DNA from: Betaproteobacteria bacterium
GTDB lineage: Bacteria > Pseudomonadota > Gammaproteobacteria > Burkholderiales > Thiobacillaceae
DNA length: 24,000 nucleotides
Direction: 5' to 3'
Assembly (NCBI GenBank): GCA_016873935.1
Contig: VGVT01000001.1
Span: forward strand, 55,783 to 79,782
The translations under genes and the position numbers were made by a program. Below are positions 6,676 through 12,947 of the stretch, one piece after another. The notes beneath the pieces are model-generated. The model had not been told where the DNA came from, ran no database searches, and saw nothing but the letters and a program-made list of their open reading frames with translations. Positions within the stretch are counted from its first letter, which is position 1; each line of letters begins with the position of its first letter.

Positions 6676-9231
6676 GGGTTGCAGCGCCGCCTCCGCATCA
6701 CAGGCATCGTCCAAGGCGTCGGCTTCCGCCCCTACGTCTGGCATCTCGCCAATGAACTGAACCTCGCCGGCTGGGTGCGCAATGACGCCGCCGGGGTGGA
6801 AGTGCTGGTGGAGGGCGAGCCCGAGCCAATCGAAGCCTTCACCCGCCGCCTGCCCCTGGAAATTCCGCCCCTGGCCCAAGTGCGCGACATGACCTGGCGC
6901 GATGGTCCGGCCACGGGCGAGCACACCGACTTCACCATCACGGAAAGCGGTGCAGGGCGGGCCGCCACCCTGATCGGCCCCGACACCGCCACCTGCCCGG
7001 ACTGCCTGGCGGAGCTGTTCGATCCCGCCGACCGGCGCTGGCGCTACGCCTTCATCAACTGCACCCACTGCGGCCCCCGCTACACCCTGACCCGCGGCCT
7101 GCCCTACGACCGGGCCCAGACCAGCATGGCGGCGTTTCCCCTGTGCCCGGACTGCGCGGGGGAATACCGGAACCCGGCCGACCGGCGCTTCCATGCGGAG
7201 CCGACGGCGTGTCCGGTGTGCGGGCCGGGGGTGTGGGTGGTTGACCTGAGCAAAATCCCCCCCAGCCCCCCTTTACGAAAGGGGGGAGAGCCTCGTCCCT
7301 CAGCCGAAGGGTTCCTCCCTTTTGTAAAGGGAGGACAGGAGGGATTTGGCTACGGCCAGCAGAACAAACACGACCCCATCTCCGACACCCTCCACCGCCT
7401 GCAAGCCGGCCAGATCCTCGCCATCAAGGGCCTGGGCGGCTTCCACCTGGCCTGCGACGCCCGCAACGCCGATGCAGTGCAGACCCTGCGCGAGCGCAAG
7501 AACCGGGAGGAGAAGCCCTTCGCGGTCATGGCGGCCAACCTGGCGTCCCTGGCCGAGTGGGTGGAGCTGAGCCCCGCCGAGGCGGAACTGCTGCGCTCCC
7601 CCGAGCGGCCCATCGTCCTGCTGCGCAAGAAGCCGGGGGCCGATGCGCCCTTCTCCGGCATCGCCCCGGGTCTCGCCTGGCTGGGCGTCATGCTGCCCTA
7701 CACGCCCCTGCATTGGCTGATTTTCCACGAGGCGGCGGGGCGACCGGCCGGCACGGAATGGATGGGCCAACCCCAGGAACTGATGCTGGTGATGACCAGC
7801 GCCAACCCGGGCGGCGAGCCCCTGGTGATCCGCAACGACGAGGCGGTGGAGCGCCTGGCCGGCATCGCCGATGGGGTGCTGATGCACGACCGGGACATCG
7901 TGGTGCGGTGCGATGATTCGGTGGTGCTTCTGGCTCCCTCCCCCTCGAGGGGGGAGGGCGGGGGAGGGGGTGAAACGCTTTCCGGTTCCGCCATTCCTCT
8001 CCCCCCCACCCCGGCCCTCCCCCGCGAGGGGGGAGGGAGTGTGGGTTTCATCCGCCGCGCCCGCGGCTACACCCCCCGCGCCATCCGCCTGGCCCGCGTC
8101 GGCCCGCCCGTGCTGGCCCTGGGGGGCTATCTCAAGAACACGATCTGCGTCACCCGGGGCGACGAGGCCTTCGTCTCCCAGCACATCGGCGGCCTGGACA
8201 ACCCGGCCACCTGCGCCATGCTCATGGAGGTGGCCCAACACCTCCTGGACATCCTGGAGGTGAAGCCCGAGGCCGTGGCCCACGACCTGCATCCGGATTT
8301 CTTCGCCAGCCGCCATGCCCTGGAGCTGGCGGAACAATGGGGCGTGCCCGCCATCGCCGTGCAGCACCACCACGCCCACATCGCCGCTGTGGCGGCGGAA
8401 CATGGGGTGACTGCACCCATCATGGGCCTGGCCCTGGACGGGGTGGGCCTGGGCAGCGACGGTCAGGCCTGGGGCGGAGAACTGCTGCGGATGGACGGCG
8501 CGTCCTTTACCCGCCTGGGCCATCTTTCCCCTCTTGCCTTGCCCGGCGGCGACAAGGCCGCCAAGGAGCCCTGGCGCATGGCGGCGGCTGCCCTGTTCAA
8601 ACTGGGCCGCAGCGATGAGATACCACGCCGCTTTCCCGGACAGCCCCTGGCCCGGCAACTGCACGTGATGCTGGAACACGACGTCCACTGCCCGCCCACC
8701 ACCAGCCTGGGCCGCTGGTTCGACGCGGCCGCCGGCCTGTTGGGAGCCCGGGAGGTCATGGCCTACGAGGGCCAGGCGGCCATGCTGCTGGAGGGATTGG
8801 CGGAGCGGGGTGGCGAGGTGGCGCCACTCGCGGACGGATGGCGCCTCAGCGAAGTCGTCATTCCGGCGCAGGCCGGAATCCAGAGCAACCCAGACTGGAC
8901 CCCGGCCTCCGCCGGGGTGACGATGCAATTGGACCTGCTGCCCCTGCTGGCCCGCCTGGCCGACGAAACCGACCCGGCCCGGGGCGCCGCCCTGTTCCAC
9001 GCCACCCTGGCCCTGGCCCTGGCCGAGTGGACGGAACGGGCCGCTCGGCGGGAGGGTCTCACCACCGTCGCCCTGGGCGGCGGCTGCTTCCTGAATCACA
9101 TCCTTTCCCGCAACCTGGGCCGCCTGCTGATCGAACGCGGCCTCACCGTCCTGGAGGCGCGCCAGGCGCCGCCCAACGACGGGGGCTTGAGCCTGGGCCA
9201 GGCTTGGGTTGCAATGCAGCATATTTCCTGA
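6604..9231 (+). CDS. hypF: Carbamoyltransferase HypF (acylphosphatase, two zinc fingers, YrdC-like and Kae1-like domains)
   Basis: Motifs: LRITGIVQGVGFRPYVW (acylphosphatase), CPDCLAEL...CTHCGPRYT and CPDCAGEY...CPVCGP (zinc fingers), IKGLGGFHLACDA (YrdC-like). The predicted 875 aa is about 90 aa longer than expected, which is accounted for by three repeat insertions. The start is ambiguous: ATG 6604, ATG 6631 or TTG 6679. Confidence 0.9.
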   Translation: MEQRAIRVAMESETPDSAAPHPGYGLQRRLRITGIVQGVGFRPYVWHLANELNLAGWVRNDAAGVEVLVEGEPEPIEAFTRRLPLEIPPLAQVRDMTWRDGPATGEHTDFTITESGAGRAATLIGPDTATCPDCLAELFDPADRRWRYAFINCTHCGPRYTLTRGLPYDRAQTSMAAFPLCPDCAGEYRNPADRRFHAEPTACPVCGPGVWVVDLSKIPPSPPLRKGGEPRPSAEGFLPFVKGGQEGFGYGQQNKHDPISDTLHRLQAGQILAIKGLGGFHLACDARNADAVQTLRERKNREEKPFAVMAANLASLAEWVELSPAEAELLRSPERPIVLLRKKPGADAPFSGIAPGLAWLGVMLPYTPLHWLIFHEAAGRPAGTEWMGQPQELMLVMTSANPGGEPLVIRNDEAVERLAGIADGVLMHDRDIVVRCDDSVVLLAPSPSRGEGGGGGETLSGSAIPLPPTPALPREGGGSVGFIRRARGYTPRAIRLARVGPPVLALGGYLKNTICVTRGDEAFVSQHIGGLDNPATCAMLMEVAQHLLDILEVKPEAVAHDLHPDFFASRHALELAEQWGVPAIAVQHHHAHIAAVAAEHGVTAPIMGLALDGVGLGSDGQAWGGELLRMDGASFTRLGHLSPLALPGGDKAAKEPWRMAAAALFKLGRSDEIPRRFPGQPLARQLHVMLEHDVHCPPTTSLGRWFDAAAGLLGAREVMAYEGQAAMLLEGLAERGGEVAPLADGWRLSEVVIPAQAGIQSNPDWTPASAGVTMQLDLLPLLARLADETDPARGAALFHATLALALAEWTERAARREGLTTVALGGGCFLNHILSRNLGRLLIERGLTVLEARQAPPNDGGLSLGQAWVAMQHIS
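7252..7347. repeat. Family-1 palindromic element, complete, inside the hypF coding sequence
   Basis: AAAATCCCCCCCAGCCCCCCTTTACGAAAGGGGGGAG-spacer-GCCGAAGGGTTCCTCCCTTTTGTAAAGGGAGGACAGGAGGGATTT. It is 96 bp (32 codons) and is translated as KIPPSPPLRKGGEPRPSAEGFLPFVKGGQEGF. Confidence 0.9.
7934..8039. repeat. Family-2 G/C-rich palindromic element inside the hypF coding sequence
   Basis: CTCCCTCCCCCTCGAGGGGGGAGGGCGGGGGAGGGGGTGA ... TCTCCCCCCCACCCCGGCCCTCCCCCGCGAGGGGGGAGGGAG. The arms are inverted repeats. It is translated as APSPSRGEGGGGGETLSGSAIPLPPTPALPREGGGS, between the conserved DDSVV and RRARGY. Confidence 0.7.
8857..8922. repeat. Family-3 66-bp palindromic element inside the hypF coding sequence
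   Basis: GTCATTCCGGCGCAGGCCGGAATCCAG-AGCAACCCAGA-CTGGACCCCGGCCTCCGCCGGGGTGACG. It is 66 bp (22 codons) and is translated as VIPAQAGIQSNPDWTPASAGVT. Confidence 0.9.
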
Positions 9232-9241
9232 GGGTTCCATC

Positions 9242-9481
9242 ATGTGCTTAGCCATCCCCGCCCGCGTTGTTGAAGTTGCCGAAAACGACCAGGCCATCGT
9301 CGACCTGGGCGGCGTGCGCAAGGACGTCTCCCTGGCCCTGGTCGAAGACGTGCAAGTGGGTGACTACGTCATCGTCCACGTGGGCTACGCCCTGACCCGG
9401 CTGGACCCTGAAGAGGCGGAGAAGACCCTGGCCCTGATGGCGGAAGCCGGGATGCTGTCGGATGCGGAATCTCCCGCGTGA
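9242..9481 (+). CDS. hypC: Hydrogenase assembly chaperone HypC
   Basis: Starts MCLAIPARVVE (HypC N-terminal Cys2 motif), 79 aa. ATG 9242 is preferred over ATG 9209. Confidence 0.9.
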   Translation: MCLAIPARVVEVAENDQAIVDLGGVRKDVSLALVEDVQVGDYVIVHVGYALTRLDPEEAEKTLALMAEAGMLSDAESPA

Positions 9482-9714
9482 AGTTCACTCAGTACTTCCT
9501 GGCCATGCGGCAGCGACCTGACCGCGTGGACATTCGGCTGGAGTGGATACAGCGGGTCATCGAGCAACCATTGTGCGAGGAAATCCAGGAGGATGGGCGC
9601 ATTCGCCGCTGGGCGTTGATCCCGGAAGCGGAAAACCGCGCCATGCGTGTCATCCTGTTGCCGGATCGTGAAACCGTACATAACGCTTTTTTTGACCGGA
9701 GATTTACGCCATGA
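9478..9714 (+). CDS. Putative toxin, DUF4258-like
   Basis: 78 aa. FLAMRQRPDRVDIRLEWIQRVIEQP...GRIRRWALIPEAENRAMRVILLPDRETVHNAFFDR resembles the DUF4258 pattern (H..RM..R.I....V..VI..P...GR......LRVV......ITAF.DR). The GTG start overlaps the hypC stop (GTGA). GC is lower than in the flanks. Confidence 0.55.
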   Translation: MKFTQYFLAMRQRPDRVDIRLEWIQRVIEQPLCEEIQEDGRIRRWALIPEAENRAMRVILLPDRETVHNAFFDRRFTP

Positions 9715-9908
9715 AGATCAAGTATTTCCAGGATACGGACACCCTCTACATCGAGTTCCGCTCCGCCCCGGTCAACGAAACGCGTGACCTGGACGAGAAC
9801 ACGCTCATGGATATGGACGCCCAGGGCAACATCTGCGCAATCACCCTGGAGCATGCGAAGGAGCGGGCGGACATTCCCCATTTCTCCTTCGAGCAGATCG
9901 CGGCCTGA
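9711..9908 (+). CDS. Putative antitoxin, DUF2283-like
   Basis: 65 aa. MKIKYFQDTDTLYIEFRSAPVNETRDLDENTLMDMDAQGNICAITLEHA matches the DUF2283 pattern (MKI.YD...D.LYI.......E......G...D.D..G.I.GIEIL.A). An ATGA overlap links it to the preceding ORF. Confidence 0.6.
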   Translation: MKIKYFQDTDTLYIEFRSAPVNETRDLDENTLMDMDAQGNICAITLEHAKERADIPHFSFEQIAA

Positions 9909-9912
9909 GCGC

Positions 9913-11049
9913 ATGAAATACGTCGACGAGTACCGCGACGGCGAAGTCGCGCAAAAATTGTCGGCCGCCATCGCCGCCGAGGTCCGCCCCGACCGCCGCT
10001 ACAACTTCATGGAGTTCTGCGGCGGCCACACCCACGCCATCTCCCGCTACGGCGTGCCGGACCTGCTGCCGCCCAACGTGTGCATGATCCACGGGCCGGG
10101 CTGCCCGGTGTGCGTGCTGCCCATCGGGCGGATCGACCTGGCCATCAAGCTTGCCCTGGAGCGGGGCGTCATCGTCTGCACCTACGCCGACACGGTGAGG
10201 GTGCCGGCCTCCAACGGCCTGTCCCTGATGAAGGCCAAGGCCCGGGGCGGCGACATCCGCATGGTCTACGCGGTGACCGACGCCCTGAAGATCGCCCGCG
10301 ACAATCCGGGCAAGGAAGTGGTGTTCTTCGCCATCGGCTTCGAGACCACCACGCCGCCCACGGCGGTGGCCATCAAGGCTGCCCAGGCGGAAGGCATGAA
10401 GAACTTCAGCGTGCTGTGCTGCCACGTGCTCACCCCCTCGGCCATCATGAACATCCTGGAATCGCCGGAAGTGCGCGAGCTGGGCACGGTGCCCCTGGAC
10501 GGCTTCATCGGCCCGGCCCACGTCTCCACGGTCATCGGCAGCCGGCCCTACGAGTTCTTCGCGGAGGAATACCGCAAGCCCGTGGTCATCGCCGGCTTCG
10601 AGCCCCTGGACGTGATGCAGGCCATCCTCATGCTGGTGCGCCAGGTCAACGAAGGCCGCGCCACGGTGGAGAACGAGTTCACCCGGGCCGTCACCCCGGA
10701 TGGCAATGAGAAGGCCCAGAACCTGGTGTCCGACGTGTTCGAGCTGCGCCGCAGTTTCGAATGGCGCGGCCTTGGGGAGGTGCCTTATTCCGCCCTGCGC
10801 ATCCGGGAGAAATACGCCGAGTTCGACGCCGAGCGGCGCTACGGCCTGGAATACCGCCCGGTCCCGGACAACAAGGCCTGCGAGTGCGGCGCCATCCTGC
10901 GCGGGGTGAAGAAACCTACGGACTGCAAGATCTTCGGCACGGTATGTACGCCGGAGACGCCCATGGGGTCGTGCATGGTGTCGTCGGAGGGGGCCTGCGC
11001 GGCCCATTACACCTATGGACGGCACAAGGATATGGAGGCGGCTGAATGA
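9913..11049 (+). CDS. hypD: Hydrogenase maturation Fe-S protein HypD
   Basis: Starts MKYVDEYRD. Motifs: FMEFCGGHTH, GPGCPVCV, FAIGFETTTP, and the C-terminal Cys cluster CxxxxC...C. Confidence 0.95.
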   Translation: MKYVDEYRDGEVAQKLSAAIAAEVRPDRRYNFMEFCGGHTHAISRYGVPDLLPPNVCMIHGPGCPVCVLPIGRIDLAIKLALERGVIVCTYADTVRVPASNGLSLMKAKARGGDIRMVYAVTDALKIARDNPGKEVVFFAIGFETTTPPTAVAIKAAQAEGMKNFSVLCCHVLTPSAIMNILESPEVRELGTVPLDGFIGPAHVSTVIGSRPYEFFAEEYRKPVVIAGFEPLDVMQAILMLVRQVNEGRATVENEFTRAVTPDGNEKAQNLVSDVFELRRSFEWRGLGEVPYSALRIREKYAEFDAERRYGLEYRPVPDNKACECGAILRGVKKPTDCKIFGTVCTPETPMGSCMVSSEGACAAHYTYGRHKDMEAAE

Positions 11050-11075
11050 GCTCATTCCGTATCAATTCGTCGCTG

Positions 11076-11188
11076 AAATCCCCCCCAGCCCCCCTGTATG
11101 AAAGGGGGGAGAACCAATGCGCCAAGCCGACGGGTTCCTCCCTTTCTCAAAGCCCCCATACGGGGATAAAGGAGGACAGGAGGGATTT
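11076..11188. repeat. Family-1 palindromic element, 113-bp variant with a nested loop insertion
   Basis: AAATCCCCCCCAGCCCCCCTGTATGAAAGGGGGGAG ... GCCGACGGGTTCCTCCCTTTCTCAAAGCCCCCATACGGGGATAAAGGAGGACAGGAGGGATTT. The right-arm loop carries the extra segment AGCCCCCATACGGGGAT. Confidence 0.9.
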
Positions 11189-11227
11189 AGCAACGCTTGC
11201 ACAACCCCACACCCAAGGAACTCCCGC

Positions 11228-12280
11228 ATGAGCGGCCAAGTAAAGAAGGGCTACGCCCGCCCCCTCGACATCAAGCACGGCCGCGTGGACATGAGCCACG
11301 GCGGCGGCGGCCGGGCCATGGTGCAACTGATCACCGACCTGTTCGCCAAGCACCTCTCCAACGAATACCTGGCCCAGGGCAACGACGGCACCTGCCTGCC
11401 GGTGGGGGAGGGCAGGCTGGTGGTGTCCACCGACAGCCACGTGGTCTCGCCCATCTTCTTCCCGGGCGGCGACATCGGTTGCCTGTCGGTGCACGGCACC
11501 GTCAACGACGTGGCGGTGATGGGGGCGACGCCCCTCTACCTCACCGCCGGCTTCATCCTGGAGGAGGGCTTCCCCCTGGCCGACCTGGCCCGCATCGTCG
11601 AATCCATGGCCAAGGCCGCGAATGAAGCCGGCGTGAAGCTGGTGGCCGGCGACACCAAGGTGGTGGAACAGGGCAAGGGCGACGGCGTGTTCATCACCAC
11701 CACCGGCGTCGGCTTCCTGCCCGAGGGCATCCACCTCTCCGGCGACCTGGCCCGGCCCGGCGACGTGCTGCTGGTCTCGGGCAGCGTCGGCGACCACGGC
11801 GTGGCCATCATGTCCAAGCGGGAGAACCTCTCCTTCGATGCTCCCATCCTCTCGGACACGGCGGCCCTCAACGGCCTCACCGCCGCCATGCTGGCCTCGG
11901 GTGCCGCCATCCGCGTCATGCGCGATCCCACCCGGGGCGGACTGGCCGCCACCATCAACGAGATCGCCCACCAGTCCGGTGTGGGTGTCCATCTGGAGGA
12001 AGCCGCGATCCCGGTGAAGCCGGAAGTGGACGCCGCCTGCGAGCTGCTGGGCCTGGATCCCCTCAACATCGCCAACGAGGGCAAGCTCATCGCCGTCTGC
12101 GCCGCCGAGGACGCGGACAAACTCCTCGCCGCCATGCGCGCCCATCCCCAGGGACGGGAAGCCGCCCTCATCGGCAAGGTGGTGGAAGACCCCAACGCCT
12201 TCGTGCAGATGAAGACGAAGTTCGGCGGCCGGCGGATGGTGGACTGGCTGTCGGGCGAGCAGTTGCCGAGGATTTGCTGA
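11228..12280 (+). CDS. hypE: Hydrogenase maturation carbamoyl dehydratase HypE
   Basis: KHGRVDMSHGGGG at the N-terminus, an AIR-synthase-like body, and the invariant C-terminal PRIC*. An AAGGA Shine-Dalgarno-like motif lies upstream of ATG 11228. The ATG 11117 in the ORF track merely reads through the repeat. Confidence 0.95.
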   Translation: MSGQVKKGYARPLDIKHGRVDMSHGGGGRAMVQLITDLFAKHLSNEYLAQGNDGTCLPVGEGRLVVSTDSHVVSPIFFPGGDIGCLSVHGTVNDVAVMGATPLYLTAGFILEEGFPLADLARIVESMAKAANEAGVKLVAGDTKVVEQGKGDGVFITTTGVGFLPEGIHLSGDLARPGDVLLVSGSVGDHGVAIMSKRENLSFDAPILSDTAALNGLTAAMLASGAAIRVMRDPTRGGLAATINEIAHQSGVGVHLEEAAIPVKPEVDAACELLGLDPLNIANEGKLIAVCAAEDADKLLAAMRAHPQGREAALIGKVVEDPNAFVQMKTKFGGRRMVDWLSGEQLPRIC

Positions 12281-12307
12281 GGATTGTTGCGTGGTTGGAA
12301 AGACTCT

Positions 12308-12405
12308 AATCCCCCCTAGCCCCCCTTTAACAAAGGGGGGGAGAAACCGTGATGCCTCGATAGCGGCCTCTCCCCCCTTTCCTAAAGGGGGGGCGGGGGG
12401 GATTC
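12308..12405. repeat. Family-1 palindromic element, complete (alpha type)
   Basis: AATCCCCCCTAGCCCCCCTTTAACAAAGGGGGGGAG ... CTCTCCCCCCTTTCCTAAAGGGGGGGCGGGGGGGATTC. Confidence 0.9.
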
Positions 12406-12410
12406 AAGCG

Positions 12411-12941
12411 TTGACACAACCCGCCGCTCTCAACGAATACGACCACCGCTTGAAACCCCTGGCCCGCAACCTGCGCAGCCACTTGACCGATGCCGAGCAA
12501 AAACTTTGGCACCACCTGCGCCGGGACCAACTCGGTGTCCGTTTCTACCGCCAGCGCCCATTTGGTCAATACATCCTGGATTTCTATGCGCCCAAGGCGA
12601 GGCTGGTCGTTGAACTGGATGGCAGCCAGCACCAGGATGACCCGATCGTTAGAACTAAGGACGAATTGCGGGACGCTTGGTTGAGTGCCCAGGGACTGAA
12701 GGTCTTGCGTTTTGATGATCGGCAGGTGCTGACGGAGACCTGGTCGGTTATGGAGGTGATTTTCGAGGAAGTGGGTGCCGCATGCGCCGGCGAAATCCCC
12801 CCCCACCCCCCTTTACAAAGGGGGGAGACCCCAGATACCCCAGCCGAAGGGTCCCTCCCTTTTGCAAAGCCCCCATACGGGGATAAAGGGGGACAGGAGG
12901 GATTTGACGACGTCAGGCAATCAGATCCCACTCAGGACTAG
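12411..12941 (+). CDS. DUF559 (Vsr/restriction-endonuclease-like fold) domain protein; both the start and the true C-terminus are uncertain
   Basis: ARNLRSHLTDAEQKLWHHLRRDQLGVRFYRQRPFGQYILDFYAPKARLVVELDGSQH is the DUF559 core. There is no in-frame ATG between the upstream repeat and the domain; candidate starts are TTG 12411, TTG 12450, or GTG 12291 (which reads through the repeat). The 3' end reads through the element at 12793-12905. Confidence 0.65.
   Translation: MTQPAALNEYDHRLKPLARNLRSHLTDAEQKLWHHLRRDQLGVRFYRQRPFGQYILDFYAPKARLVVELDGSQHQDDPIVRTKDELRDAWLSAQGLKVLRFDDRQVLTETWSVMEVIFEEVGAACAGEIPPHPPLQRGETPDTPAEGSLPFAKPPYGDKGGQEGFDDVRQSDPTQD
12793..12905. repeat. Family-1 palindromic element, 113-bp variant with a nested loop insertion
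   Basis: AAATCCCCCCCCACCCCCCTTTACAAAGGGGGGAG ... GCCGAAGGGTCCCTCCCTTTTGCAAAGCCCCCATACGGGGATAAAGGGGGACAGGAGGGATTT. It has the same architecture and length as the copy at 11076-11188. Confidence 0.9.
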
Positions 12942-12947
12942 CGCCCC

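Noticed and set aside
11117-11227. N-terminal extensions that read through repeat elements: hypE from ATG 11117 and the DUF559 ORF from GTG 12291.
   Set aside because: The elements lack stop codons in at least two frames, so upstream ORF extension is expected by chance. For hypE, ATG 11228 has an AAGGA Shine-Dalgarno and yields a canonical HypE N-terminus. For DUF559 the question is left open and is recorded in the findings.
12507-12522. A sigma-54-like TGGCAC-N5-nnGC motif (TGGCACCACCTGCGC). The same 12-mer TGGCACCACCTG also occurs at 28-39.
   Set aside because: Both lie inside coding sequence and simply encode W-H-H-L in hoxZ and in the DUF559 ORF. The -12 element is poor (no TTGC), and no gene start follows at a sensible distance.
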